This document shows positions 9,767-19,652 of a DNA stretch of 64,000 bases, piece after piece. The translations under genes were made by a program, and so were the position numbers. The notes beneath the pieces were generated by a model. It ran no database searches, was not told the origin of the DNA, and saw only the letters and a list, made by a program, of their open reading frames with translations. Position 1 is the first letter of the stretch; each line of letters starts with the position of its first letter. The DNA is from Hadesarchaea archaeon. Its GTDB lineage: Archaea; Hadarchaeota; Hadarchaeia; Hadarchaeales; WYZ-LMO6. Location of the stretch: NCBI GenBank assembly GCA_029259185.1, contig JAPDJF010000003.1, forward strand, positions 40,022 to 104,021. Reading direction: 5' to 3'.

Positions 9767-10368
9767 ACATGGATCTTGTCAAAGGGATAAACTGGTTCGG
9801 GGTCGCAGGAGGGGTTCTAATGCTTATCCTCCCCTTTTCAGGACCGTGGTGGCAAGCTCACGCGGGGGATGGAATGATGGATTTATCCTTCTCACCTTTC
9901 GATCTCCATTTGTCTATCCTCGACCAATCCATGGAGTCTCCTCTCGTGAACTACGCCCTTCTGGCTGCGAAGCTTACGGTTCTGGTGGGGGGGCTCCTGC
10001 TGGTACTCGGGTCTATTTTCACCGGTCGGTGGTGGTCTAAGCATTTAATGAAGTTTGGTGCTACCAAGGTATTTTGGATGGTGGTGGGGATGGTGTTGCT
10101 TCTCGTGATGGGAGCGTTCTTAGCGAATAGATTCCTTCCGACCTTGGTTTCCTCCATAGTCAAAGAGGGAAACATCGACATCGATGTGGAAATCCCTTAC
10201 CTCAGCGGCGAGAGCAGCGGCATAACCGTGCAGGCGGGTTCCACCGCAGTAAACGTTCCCATCACAACCTTTTTGACCTCTAGGTTCTGGATCGCCACCG
10301 TCGTGGGATTTCTCGGAATAGCCGCCCGCGTTTATCATCGGAAGTTCACCCACCAAAGTATGGGGTGA
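9763..10368 (+). CDS. hypothetical integral membrane protein (about 4 TM)
   Basis: Hydrophobic segments; translationally coupled to upstream ORF. Confidence 0.65.
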   Translation: MNMDLVKGINWFGVAGGVLMLILPFSGPWWQAHAGDGMMDLSFSPFDLHLSILDQSMESPLVNYALLAAKLTVLVGGLLLVLGSIFTGRWWSKHLMKFGATKVFWMVVGMVLLLVMGAFLANRFLPTLVSSIVKEGNIDIDVEIPYLSGESSGITVQAGSTAVNVPITTFLTSRFWIATVVGFLGIAARVYHRKFTHQSMG

Positions 10369-10402
10369 ATTCGACCTGGGAAAATTGATGATGAAGCTTT
10401 AG

Positions 10403-10584
10403 AACGGAATCGAGCGAGAAACCCCGCACTTTAGCGTGGGGTGAATGCGTGCCGAGGTCCGATTCCGCAATAGCTAACGGCCCGAGCGAACACCTGGAGA
10501 TCAATACCTCCGTAACCCCCTTCCATGGGTGATCGAGCCTAGTCGTCGAGGAGGAAGCCCCGCTTCAGCGGTGCGGTAGTCCAC
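10403..10584 (+). mobile_element. IS200/IS605-derived non-autonomous element A with omegaRNA-like scaffold
   Basis: Follows TTTAG. Left hairpin CCCCGCACTTTAGCGTGGGG, core ACGGCCCGAGCGAAC...ACCTCCGTAACC, right end GGTAGTCCAC. Homologous to 23339-23523. Confidence 0.8.
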
Positions 10585-10703
10585 TGTCTTAGTAACCTCA
10601 AACCCGTACCTCGAACGAGTGGGCCCCCCGGATTTTGGGTATACCGGAAAATGGGCCTTAGATTTGACCACAAGTATTTAAAAGGTCTTGAGGAAGAGGG
10701 AAG

Positions 10704-11069
10704 ATGGAAGAGCTATCGAGGAACTTAGAAGCCGAACTTAAAGAGGAGCTGTCCAGGGTCATCAAGACCGAACTCCAGCAGAGTTTGGCCGAGGAACTCA
10801 AGCGCATGATGGAATCCAACTTGAAACAAGTTATCGCAGAAAGCCTCGATAAATTGAAAATGAACGAACTTAAGGTTTCGATCGTCCAGAAGATCAAGAA
10901 AAAAATAGAGGGGAGGCTGGATCAGCTCATCGAGGAGGTGCTAGATCGGACTACCCCCCAAGACATAAGCCGAGCGCTCCTCTCAGCGCTGAGCATGAGC
11001 ATCGAGGAGGTCAAAAAGGTGCTTGAGGGAGTGGGAGCCGAAAAAACTGGAGAAAACTCCAATCCGTAG
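10704..11069 (+). CDS. hypothetical coiled-coil protein
   Basis: E/K/L-rich heptad pattern; TATA-like TTTAAAA and purine-rich SD upstream. Confidence 0.6.
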   Translation: MEELSRNLEAELKEELSRVIKTELQQSLAEELKRMMESNLKQVIAESLDKLKMNELKVSIVQKIKKKIEGRLDQLIEEVLDRTTPQDISRALLSALSMSIEEVKKVLEGVGAEKTGENSNP

Positions 11070-11071
11070 AG

Positions 11072-12085
11072 GTGGAAGCGATGGGGATACTCGAATCGAT
11101 TGAACTACTTAAATCCAAGTTCGGTGGTGAGTTCGATAAGGGAAAGATTTCGGTCGTTCTCCGGCCCTTAGAAGAGAAGCCTTCTGAGGTGGGTGGAGCG
11201 GAGATCACCCGGGAGATCTCAGCAGGTGAAGCCAAGCCCACGGGAGACCTATCTCAAGTTGGGGGGAAAACCCGTCACATGTTTCCTAAGTGGGATAACT
11301 TGGTTGAGAAATGGAACTCCGTAGCCCTTGCGATAGGGTTGGGGTTTTTGAATCTCTGGAACAAAAAACACTGGGTGTTTCCGATTCTCTTGTTCGGATG
11401 TGGTATAGCACTGTGGTATCAGAGCGTTTCATCCTCTCTCCTCTCATTCACCCTTTGTATAACGGTGCTTCTCACGACCCTTGTCTTGGCTTTCGTTGGG
11501 CTTGTGGTAATGGATCAGATCCAGCGGGATATCGCCTCCACCGGAAGGATAGTAACCCAAACGCTGGTCGGCATCGTGATGATAGTTGGGTTCCTCCTCT
11601 ACTTGGACCTCTCCATAGGAGGTTTCCTCCCGGCACCCCCTCTGGTGCTGTTGATAGGGGTGATGTGGGCTATTCCACTCGTTCCCTATGTCACGCTAGC
11701 AATACTCCTTCCCCCCTTGCTTGGGAGTATCCCTAGGTTCAAACCTAAATGGAACGCGTTGAGGGGAAAGTATCCATTTTGGGGGATATATTGTGCAGTA
11801 CTTGGGGGATTGCTCATCCTGTACGTTCCACTAAAATTCTTTCCACTTTACATGTACTCCTCTCTAGTCTTCTGGGGGATGTTTTTGGGGAGTTCCACTT
11901 TAGCTTTGGCGGCTATCCTAGCTATGTTTCCACGAAAGGATTCCACTAAGGTGACTGGTCTGTTCTTGGTCATCTTGGCTGCGCTTTCATGGGTAGGGAC
12001 GCTAGGAGGTGTTATACTGGGATCCATCCTCTGCGTGGTGGGGGGAGCCCATGCGTATGCATGGACTCCAACTTCAAGGTCATAG
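11072..12085 (+). CDS. membrane protein with C-terminal DUF6114-like domain
   Basis: YPFWG...GGLLIL and LGGVILGSILCVVGGAHAYAW resemble DUF6114 motifs; many TMs. Confidence 0.6.
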   Translation: MEAMGILESIELLKSKFGGEFDKGKISVVLRPLEEKPSEVGGAEITREISAGEAKPTGDLSQVGGKTRHMFPKWDNLVEKWNSVALAIGLGFLNLWNKKHWVFPILLFGCGIALWYQSVSSSLLSFTLCITVLLTTLVLAFVGLVVMDQIQRDIASTGRIVTQTLVGIVMIVGFLLYLDLSIGGFLPAPPLVLLIGVMWAIPLVPYVTLAILLPPLLGSIPRFKPKWNALRGKYPFWGIYCAVLGGLLILYVPLKFFPLYMYSSLVFWGMFLGSSTLALAAILAMFPRKDSTKVTGLFLVILAALSWVGTLGGVILGSILCVVGGAHAYAWTPTSRS

Positions 12086-12122
12086 GAGGGCCTATGACAA
12101 AAAACGAAGGAGGGAGTAAAGA

Positions 12123-12626
12123 ATGGAAGGATTTGGAAAAATAGCAGGTGTGGGGCTGGCGTCTATCTTCGGTATAGTGGTGATGACTTCGATGGCGGGA
12201 GTGAGCCTAGGAATGCCAGTGAGTGACTTCCAATTCAGTGCCGATGGGATCCAGGGACGAGGATTAAACCTCTATGCTGGGACTATATCTGAAAATTCTG
12301 GAGAGCTGGGAAAGATTTTCATAGAGCTGGATGGTGCCGATATAGCGGAGATGTGTATATCCAAGGAGATGTCTATTGGAGGACTCACCGTGAGAGCTAT
12401 TGTTAAGGGATCTAGCGCTGAAGCGATGAGTGTGCTGATGAAGTGCGAAAACTTCATGGCGACCACGATGGCGGCGGAGAACTTGGGAATGGGTCCCTCC
12501 GGGGACAAAGAGTTCGCTACTACTGCCGACGTTCTCAACGTTAAAAATGTCAGGGCTTGGGTGAGTCATATGAACGTGGGCTCCATCGACTTAAACGATC
12601 TCGTGATAAAGCTCGAAATAGTGTAG
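12123..12626 (+). CDS. DUF6230-like secreted/membrane-anchored protein
   Basis: N-terminal hydrophobic helix, then F.FSADGIQG.G..LY motif and beta-rich body; next to DUF6114-like gene. Confidence 0.5.
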   Translation: MEGFGKIAGVGLASIFGIVVMTSMAGVSLGMPVSDFQFSADGIQGRGLNLYAGTISENSGELGKIFIELDGADIAEMCISKEMSIGGLTVRAIVKGSSAEAMSVLMKCENFMATTMAAENLGMGPSGDKEFATTADVLNVKNVRAWVSHMNVGSIDLNDLVIKLEIV

Positions 12627-12666
12627 CCGTAAGACGCCAGCCTCTTTTAATTTTTGGGGGACCTGC

Positions 12667-13191
12667 ATGCGATTTCATCAAGGTTTCAAGTTAGCCTTCC
12701 TCGTTTTCCTGAGTTTATTTGCTCTCATCATCTTTCCCGTTCCCTTGCTTGGGGGAAGCGAGCCCACTTTCCAAATCTGGGCAAACTCTTCTTCCACCGA
12801 TCAAATAAATATCGTGGGGGATGTCAACGAAAACATCACTTTGGTCACCACCCTATCGATACATCTTGAAGGGGTGACGATACTAATCGATAACGTGTGC
12901 TTGTGCTTGGACGACGTGGATCTCGAAAATTTTTACATGTGTGTGGAGTATCTGGAAACCGATATCGAGATCTTCGGTGTGATCCCGCTCGCCCATCTCG
13001 TCATAAACGGGTCCCATGTTGATGAGGGGATACCACTCCTCGGGGCGATATTGGGTCTTCAAACGTGCCATACGGCCGATGCCCATCTTGGTCCACCCTT
13101 GACTTCCCTCATCCGGATGAATAACATGTATGTCGTGGCCAGAGAGCTGAGTTGTAAGCTGGAGGCCGAAAACGTGGTCATACGGGTGTGA
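12667..13191 (+). CDS. hypothetical signal-peptide-bearing beta-rich protein
   Basis: N-terminal signal/TM, beta-strand pattern, same strand as cluster. Confidence 0.55.
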   Translation: MRFHQGFKLAFLVFLSLFALIIFPVPLLGGSEPTFQIWANSSSTDQINIVGDVNENITLVTTLSIHLEGVTILIDNVCLCLDDVDLENFYMCVEYLETDIEIFGVIPLAHLVINGSHVDEGIPLLGAILGLQTCHTADAHLGPPLTSLIRMNNMYVVARELSCKLEAENVVIRV

Positions 13192-13265
13192 AACGTACTC
13201 TCAAGTGCTCGACCTAGGTCCGGAAGGGATATCTACCCCTTGCACCTAGTTTTTTTTGGATAAGG

Positions 13266-13640
13266 GTGTACAGGTGGAGACACTTCAGACACGGGCCCGG
13301 GAGGCCCATGAAACCCAGATTCATAGGGTTAAAACCATGTCTCTTCACGTTTATTCCTTCCTCATGTGAAGAATTTCCCCCTGGAACTCCGGATCCAATT
13401 TATATGGCATACGATGAGTATGAGGCATTTCGGCTAGTGTACCATGAGGGGTTGAATCAAGAGGAGGCTGCCAAGCGGATGAGAATTTCGCGGGGGACGC
13501 TGTGGCGCTGTCTTGAGAGTGCGAGGAACAAAATAGCGCGTATGCTAGTGGAACACCGCCCCCTTGTGGTCACCCCCGCACCCCATCCGACTCCGGGAGC
13601 CACCTCGACTGGGAGTTCCCCTCCGCTCATCCATCGTTAG
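13266..13640 (+). CDS. DUF134 family predicted DNA-binding protein
   Basis: GRPMKPR, DEYEAFRL..EGLNQEEAAKRM.ISRGT..R.L.SAR.KIA. Confidence 0.85.
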   Translation: MYRWRHFRHGPGRPMKPRFIGLKPCLFTFIPSSCEEFPPGTPDPIYMAYDEYEAFRLVYHEGLNQEEAAKRMRISRGTLWRCLESARNKIARMLVEHRPLVVTPAPHPTPGATSTGSSPPLIHR

Positions 13641-14674
13641 AAATACTTGTCTATATTCTCTAACGCTTTTGTGACCAAGGAGCTTGCTGAAGTCATGTCA
13701 TGCATGTCCAGCATCTCTACTGAGGAGTGGATGTATCTGGTGGGAATACCTACTACTCCTGTGGGAATGCCGGCCCGTGTTAGGGATATGGCGGTCGCAT
13801 CAGTAGTTCCACCCTTAGCCACGTCCAACTGGTATGGGATTTTGTGCGCTTCCGCTGTTTCGGTCAGCCACTTCAGTACGTTTCTGGAGACGATGATCCC
13901 CCTTCCACTCGCATCCACCACCGTTATGGATGGTCCCTTCCCTAGCTCCAGAGACGAGTCTTTCTTCTCTATTCCTAAGTGATCACCAGGTATTGAGACA
14001 TCCAAGGCTATAGCCACGGATGGCTGAAGCCCAAAAGCGGAGGTTTTAGCTCCTTTCAGTCCAACCTCCTCCTGCACAGTCCCTACCGCATACACGGTGG
14101 CACTCGTTTTTGTCTTCTTCACAGCGTCTATCATTATAGCTAGTCCCGCCCTATTGTCGAACCCTTTTCCCGTCACCCTATTGTTTATGAGGAATCTGAC
14201 CGTTCTATCCAAAGTCGCCACGCTACCGATCGTTACCCCAGCTTTTTTTACCTCTTCCTCGCTTCGAGCTCCCACATCTATGAACATGTCGTCTGCTTTG
14301 ATGGGTTTCTTCTTCTCCTCTTCCTCTAACAAGTGGGGCGGCTTTGACCCTATCACTCCGTACACCTCTCCTCTCTCGGTTTTGAACACAACTCTTTCGT
14401 TCAGGAGAGTTTGTTCGAACCATCCCCCTATGGGAACGAAACGTATGAACCCCCGTTCGTCTATGTATTTGACCATCAACCCGATTTCATCCATGTGAGC
14501 CGCAAGCATGCAAGAGGTAGACGAACCATTTTTGATTGCTATCAAGTTTCCCATCGTGTCGATCTTTATCTCATCCACATGACCTTCCAACTCCTCCTTG
14601 AGGATCTCTCTTATCTCATCCTCACGACCCGAAACACCGTGGGCATTGGACAGCTTCTCCAGAAGTTCTTTCAT
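13637..14674 (-). CDS. M42 family aminopeptidase (TET-like)
   Basis: AAHMDEIG, KGFDNR, VQEEVGL, GGTTDA, RYIHS. Confidence 0.93.
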   Translation of the reverse strand: MKELLEKLSNAHGVSGREDEIREILKEELEGHVDEIKIDTMGNLIAIKNGSSTSCMLAAHMDEIGLMVKYIDERGFIRFVPIGGWFEQTLLNERVVFKTERGEVYGVIGSKPPHLLEEEEKKKPIKADDMFIDVGARSEEEVKKAGVTIGSVATLDRTVRFLINNRVTGKGFDNRAGLAIMIDAVKKTKTSATVYAVGTVQEEVGLKGAKTSAFGLQPSVAIALDVSIPGDHLGIEKKDSSLELGKGPSITVVDASGRGIIVSRNVLKWLTETAEAHKIPYQLDVAKGGTTDATAISLTRAGIPTGVVGIPTRYIHSSVEMLDMHDMTSASSLVTKALENIDKYF

Positions 14675-14832
14675 CTCGGACACCCAAACCTCTCTCACTT
14701 TAATTCAAAAAACTTTTCCCATGTCGAAACGAGGACTCGGCAGAAAATTTCATCCCGTGAGCACAGTTGCAGGAGGTTCGGTCCCTCGTGTGTGCCACCC
14801 CGGCCGTTTTATCGGTACCTCAGTACTGGTCG

Positions 14833-15158
14833 GTGAACTACCCCGCCCTAAAGGACGGGGCTTCTGCGCTCGCTGGCCAACGGGTAACTTCAGGGTCTTC
14901 ATCGCTTGGGCCATTTGACTTCACCTTTTCGATCCTTTTCCACAAGCTTGAGCATGTACTCGCTCGTGTCCTTAAACTTCAGAACCTTCGCCCGGTACTG
15001 TGCCCAAGCCCACAGCTCCTCGTCACTCTCGTCATGGAGCACCAAGGATGTGTGTTTTGCCATACTTGCCAAACGTATATACGTGGCTAGGTTTTATATC
15101 TTTTTGGGGTAATCGGCCCCATCCCCTCCCTTGCGGAGGGGTCTTCTCGCGGAGGCAG
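14833..15158 (-). mobile_element. internally deleted IS200/IS605 element F carrying a small ORF and the first codons of tnpB
   Basis: Follows TTTAT. Left hairpin CCCCTCCGCAAGGGAGGGG, right end GAAGCCCCGTCCTTTAGGGCGGGGTAGTTCAC. Confidence 0.82.
14899..15063 (-). CDS. 54-aa putative ribbon-helix-helix-like protein inside element F
   Basis: MAKHTSLVLHDESDEELWAWAQYRAKVLKFKDTSEYMLKLVEKDRKGEVKWPKR; TATAAAA upstream; stop overlaps ATG of MKTLKLPV (tnpB-like start). Confidence 0.6.
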   Translation of the reverse strand: MAKHTSLVLHDESDEELWAWAQYRAKVLKFKDTSEYMLKLVEKDRKGEVKWPKR

Positions 15159-15283
15159 ATAAATTCTCGTCTTTGATCTTCGAGCTGACTTTCGTCATCC
15201 GTTATCTTGGACTCGGTGAGAGACTTGGTTTTTTTTCAAAAAATGTCTAGCGGTAGAATTAAACGGTAATTTGTCCGAGTCAG

Positions 15284-15982
15284 GTGATGGGGGCGGATTT
15301 CGATCGAATAGCATCTAGTTACGACAAGTGGTATGACACCCCTCTTGGCAAATATGCTCATGAGCTGGAGAAGGAATTGATCCTCCAGTTCGCCGCTCCG
15401 AAGAAAGGTGAAAGGATACTTGATGTGGGGTGTGGAACCGGGATATATGCCATAGAACTAGCGAAAATGGGATTAGATGTAACGTGTTATGACCGTTCCA
15501 GAAACATGCTTCGAGTTTCTTGGAACAAAGCACAGGAGAGGAGAATCCATATGAATTTCGTGTTGGGGACAGCCGAAAAGCTTCCTTTTAGAGACAGGAG
15601 CTTTGATCTCATCATCTCGATAACAACTTTAGAGTTCATAGAACACCCAGCACTCGTAGTAAATGAGATGAAACGGGTTCTCCGGAGGAGCGGGAGAATA
15701 GTCCTTGGAGTCCTTAACAGCTGGAGTTCTTGGGCTATCGAGAGGAAACTCAAATCCTTGGTGCGAGAGTCCGTCTTCAAGTATGCCAGATTCTATAACC
15801 CTTTGGAGCTGACAACGATGTTACGACCTATGAAGGTAGAGTGGGATTCGACTCTCCTCCTCCCACCCGAGACTCCAGAGTTCGTTTTGAATGGGGGTAA
15901 AAAGATAGAAAAGTTCTTGGTGAAGATACTCAAACCCTTTGGGGCGTTCATATGTTTAAAAGCGACATGGAGGGGGAGATGA
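15284..15982 (+). CDS. class I SAM-dependent methyltransferase
   Basis: ILDVGCGTG, AEKLPF...FD. Confidence 0.9.
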   Translation: MMGADFDRIASSYDKWYDTPLGKYAHELEKELILQFAAPKKGERILDVGCGTGIYAIELAKMGLDVTCYDRSRNMLRVSWNKAQERRIHMNFVLGTAEKLPFRDRSFDLIISITTLEFIEHPALVVNEMKRVLRRSGRIVLGVLNSWSSWAIERKLKSLVRESVFKYARFYNPLELTTMLRPMKVEWDSTLLLPPETPEFVLNGGKKIEKFLVKILKPFGAFICLKATWRGR

Positions 15983-16770
15983 TGGAGATAATCTATGGTC
16001 CGGTTTCCTCTTGGAGACTTGGTAGGTCACTTGGGATTGACCTGATATGCAAAGAGGAAGGGAAAGTATGCAGCTTCGATTGTATATATTGCTCGCTCGG
16101 AAGAACCACCGAGAAAACCCTTGAGAGAAAGCTCTACGTTCCCACCGATCTAATGGAGGAGGATTTACGAAAAACGTTGAAGGAAGTTGATGCTGATATC
16201 ATCACTTTTTCGGGAACGGGTGAGCCGACCCTAGCTCTCAATTTGGGGGAAGCCATAATGGCCGTGCGGAAGATAACCGATCTCCCGGTTGCGGTGTTAA
16301 CCAATTCTACGCTGATGGTTAGAGAGGATGTGAGGAGGGAGTTGGCCAAAGCGGACGTGATTAAGGGAAAGCTAGATGCTCCGAATGGAGAAGTGCTCGA
16401 AGCGGTGAACCGCCCCCACCAAGGTGTTGGGTTCGAGGAGCTCGTGAAGGGGATGAAGCTTTTTCGGAAAGGTTACAGAGGAAAGTTCTCTATCGAAGTG
16501 ATGTTCGTGCCTCAGAACGTAAGGTATGCTGGGAGGATAGCGGAAGTGATTAAGGAAATCGGACCAGACGAAGTGCAGATCAATACACCTACCCGACCGA
16601 GCCCCGTTGGTCCCCTCACACCAAAACAGATCGAGGAAATCGAAGAGAACTTCAAGACAATGAATTTCATATCGGTTTATAGGGCTGAGAGGGTGAGAAT
16701 CGAGAAGATCGTTGGGGGGAAAAAAGTGGGGAGGTTAAAGCGTCGAGAGGGTGGAGGCTCCCGAAGTTAA
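15979..16770 (+). CDS. radical SAM protein (COG0731-like)
   Basis: YGPVSSWRLGRSLGIDL, CSFDCIYC, TFSGTGEPTL. Confidence 0.88.
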   Translation: MMEIIYGPVSSWRLGRSLGIDLICKEEGKVCSFDCIYCSLGRTTEKTLERKLYVPTDLMEEDLRKTLKEVDADIITFSGTGEPTLALNLGEAIMAVRKITDLPVAVLTNSTLMVREDVRRELAKADVIKGKLDAPNGEVLEAVNRPHQGVGFEELVKGMKLFRKGYRGKFSIEVMFVPQNVRYAGRIAEVIKEIGPDEVQINTPTRPSPVGPLTPKQIEEIEENFKTMNFISVYRAERVRIEKIVGGKKVGRLKRREGGGSRS

Positions 16771-16803
16771 ATTTTTCAATGGAATCTCCAGAGTTATACA
16801 GAA

Positions 16804-17556
16804 ATGAAAATCGTTTACGGTGAGAAATATCGTACCGTCTACTCTTCTGATCCAGCGGCTGCGCCTGGCAGGATGGAATCAATCTTGGACGAACTCGGCG
16901 GGGCCTTTGATTTCGTGGAACCAGAACCCGCAAGCGAGGAAGACATTTGCTTGGTCCATACCCGTTCCCACTTGGATCGGATCAAGAAGAAACCCGTGAT
17001 TTACGAGGTAGCGCTGTTATCGGCGGGAGGTGCGATAAAGGCATCCGAGATAGCTATGGAAGAGGGCCCCGCGTTTGGACTTATAAGACCTCCAGGACAT
17101 CACGCGAACCCTGATAACTGTTGGGGATTTTGTTATTTCAACAACATCGCTGTTTCGGTTGAGAAGCTGAGAAAAAGTGGAAAAATAAAGAGCGCGGTGA
17201 TCGTGGATTTTGATCTCCACTATGGTGATGGTACCGCGAATATTTTCGCACACGTGGATGAGGTCGTCTACCACCACCTAGGGGGGAGAGACAGAATCGC
17301 CATCTTGGAAGATCTGGAGTCATTCCTTTCCAGCCTCCGTACGTGCGATGTTATATGCGTTTCTGCAGGATTCGACAACCATGAGGAGGACTGGGGTGGC
17401 GCGCTGAAGACCCAAGATTACAACGAAATCGGAAAGATCATTAAAGAGCGAGCCGATGCCTTGTGTGGTGGAAAGAGATACGGAGTTCTAGAGGGGGGGT
17501 ATAATCATGTGGTGCTCGGTAAGAATGTTCGGGCATTTCTTGCTGGATTTGGATGA
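16804..17556 (+). CDS. histone deacetylase family protein
   Basis: RPPGHHA, GFCYFNN, DFDLHYGDG, SAGFD, LEGGY. Confidence 0.92.
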   Translation: MKIVYGEKYRTVYSSDPAAAPGRMESILDELGGAFDFVEPEPASEEDICLVHTRSHLDRIKKKPVIYEVALLSAGGAIKASEIAMEEGPAFGLIRPPGHHANPDNCWGFCYFNNIAVSVEKLRKSGKIKSAVIVDFDLHYGDGTANIFAHVDEVVYHHLGGRDRIAILEDLESFLSSLRTCDVICVSAGFDNHEEDWGGALKTQDYNEIGKIIKERADALCGGKRYGVLEGGYNHVVLGKNVRAFLAGFG

Positions 17557-17571
17557 ATGTGGGGGGAAGGG

Positions 17572-18687
17572 ATGCTTGAGTTGGAAATGCTTAAAAAAAT
17601 CTCGTATGAAATCGGGCCTATAAGACCACCCTCGGAAGGGAGGCACTCGTTACTCTTGAGGCTCACGAGGAACTGTCCTTGGGGTCTCTGTAAGTTCTGC
17701 TACGGTAAGCCCTACAACCGAGAGAGGTTCAAGATCCGAGGGATACAGGAGATCGAGAGGGAGATCGAGAATGTGAAAACCTTGAAGGATGGGATAGAGA
17801 CCATCTCCAAGAAGCTAGGTGGTATGGAGTGGACAGCGTTGGCTCTAAGCAGTTACTCCCTTTATGGGAAAGAAGTTTCTGAGCTGAATCTAGGCGAGTT
17901 CTTGAATTTTCAGTGCATAATGAATGTATTTAGTTGGATCAGGGATGGCGCTAGGACCGTGTTCCTCCAAGATGCGGATAACTTGATGATGCGAACAGAC
18001 GACTTGGTAGAGATTTTGAGGTTTTTCAAGAGAACTCTTGGAGCTCCGGAGCGAGTGACTTCGTACGCTAGGGGTAGAACTGTTTTCAAGAAACCTATGA
18101 GTGAATTGAAAGAGATCAAAAAGGCTGGGCTCTCAAGACTTCACGTGGGGTTAGAAAGTGGGGATGAGCTAGTCCTGAAGTATATGAACAAAGGGATGAC
18201 GCCCCAAGAACTCATCGTGGGTGGGAAGAAAGCTATAGAGGCTGGGTTCGAGCTCTCCCTTTACGTCATTTTGGGACTGGGTGGGAAATCGATGTGGAGG
18301 CGACACGCGGAAAACACGGCGAAAGTGTTGAACGAGATAAACCCTGATTTCGTAAGGGTTCGCCGACTGGTTCCACTGAAAGACACTCCTCTTTTCGAAG
18401 AATGGAAGAGGGGAGAATTCATCCTGCTGTCACCTCACGAGGAGCTGAAAGAAATAGCAACTCTTATCAAAGGGTTGGAATTTGAGGGAAAGGTATGCTT
18501 TGATCACTTTGCTAACCCATTTTATCACACGGGAGCGGGTTTTAGGTGGGTCTTCAAACAAGACAGTGAGGGGTACCAATTTCCTCAAGAAAAAGAAGAA
18601 GTTCTAAGGAGGATAGAGAAAGCGCTGGAGATAGATGAATCTAACTTCATCGCGGCGGGGGATCTTTCCACGCTGGAAACTTTGTGA
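17572..18687 (+). CDS. radical SAM protein
   Basis: GPIRPPSE, CPWGLCKFC, HVGLESG. Confidence 0.88.
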   Translation: MLELEMLKKISYEIGPIRPPSEGRHSLLLRLTRNCPWGLCKFCYGKPYNRERFKIRGIQEIEREIENVKTLKDGIETISKKLGGMEWTALALSSYSLYGKEVSELNLGEFLNFQCIMNVFSWIRDGARTVFLQDADNLMMRTDDLVEILRFFKRTLGAPERVTSYARGRTVFKKPMSELKEIKKAGLSRLHVGLESGDELVLKYMNKGMTPQELIVGGKKAIEAGFELSLYVILGLGGKSMWRRHAENTAKVLNEINPDFVRVRRLVPLKDTPLFEEWKRGEFILLSPHEELKEIATLIKGLEFEGKVCFDHFANPFYHTGAGFRWVFKQDSEGYQFPQEKEEVLRRIEKALEIDESNFIAAGDLSTLETL

Positions 18688-18693
18688 TTTGGA

Positions 18694-18873
18694 TCATTCC
18701 GGAAAACTTATGGCACCCGCAGTACATACTGCTTCACATGCTCTGCAGTCTACACACTCGTCGGGCTTAACGACCTCACATTTTTCATCCTTGACTTCTA
18801 GCACTTCGACAGGACAGGCGTTTACACACTCCCCGCAACCGGTGCACTTCTCTCTATCTATTACGGGTGGCAT
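18694..18873 (-). CDS. 2x[4Fe-4S] ferredoxin (59 aa, absent from ORF track)
   Basis: MPPVIDREKCTGCGECVNACP...DECVDCRACEAVCTAGAISFPE. Confidence 0.92.
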   Translation of the reverse strand: MPPVIDREKCTGCGECVNACPVEVLEVKDEKCEVVKPDECVDCRACEAVCTAGAISFPE

Positions 18874-19007
18874 TTTATTTGATGGATTCTAGTTATATTT
18901 AAATTTTTAGTTATGGGGCGATTCGTTGGAGGTTCGAGCGAAGTGCAGTGCGAGATCGCGGAAGGGATTAGACCACCGTTTCGGCTTGGATCGTTTGGGG
19001 GAGGGTT

Positions 19008-19652
19008 CTACAAAAAGTACTCCTTTATGAATTCAAAATTTCTTTTAGTCTTTTCCGCCCCTTTGACCACGCCACCGTGGCCTGGGAGCAGGTAGTGAAT
19101 ATCCAACTCGGAAACCCTTCTTATGGAGTCCTTCAATTTCTCCAGATCACCGCCTGGAAAGTCTGTGCGACCCACACCACCCTCGAACAGGAGATCCCCG
19201 CACATCAGTAACTTCAGTTCCTCACAGTAAAAGCTCACACTCCCGGGTGTGTGACCGGGAGTGTGAATCACCACGAATTTCATTTTTCCCCCCAGTTTGT
19301 CCTCCAAAAAAATATCAACATCGAACTTCGGCATCTCCATTCCGAAGTACCCAGCGAACTCCATACTGAATGAGAGGTGTTCTAATTCCTCACGGTGCAT
19401 CGCTATCTTAGCCCCTGAGAGGGTCTGAAGTGCACGGTTGGCCCCGCAGTGATCGGGGTGGCTGTGGGTGTTCGCTATTAGGTCTATTTCTCTGATATCG
19501 AAACCATCGTTTTCCATCTCCGATAAGCGCTGACTCAAATATCTTGGATTTCCGGGATCGATGAGCACGCAAGGATTGTTGTCTATCAAGTAGGTGTTGC
19601 AGTCACCGATAGCTTTCTCGGGATACCAATAGACATTTTTGACCAGTTTCAT
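19008..19652 (-). CDS. MBL-fold metallo-hydrolase (glyoxalase II-like)
   Basis: THSHPDH, HTPGHTPGS, GDLLF, PGHG. Confidence 0.9.
   Translation of the reverse strand: MKLVKNVYWYPEKAIGDCNTYLIDNNPCVLIDPGNPRYLSQRLSEMENDGFDIREIDLIANTHSHPDHCGANRALQTLSGAKIAMHREELEHLSFSMEFAGYFGMEMPKFDVDIFLEDKLGGKMKFVVIHTPGHTPGSVSFYCEELKLLMCGDLLFEGGVGRTDFPGGDLEKLKDSIRRVSELDIHYLLPGHGGVVKGAEKTKRNFEFIKEYFL

Noticed and set aside
10385-10402. C/D box sRNA (GATGATGA)
   Set aside because: No suitably placed CTGA D box even after removing element A.
14721-15250. Host gene interrupted by element F
   Set aside because: Rejoined flanks give short open frames with no recognisable protein features.
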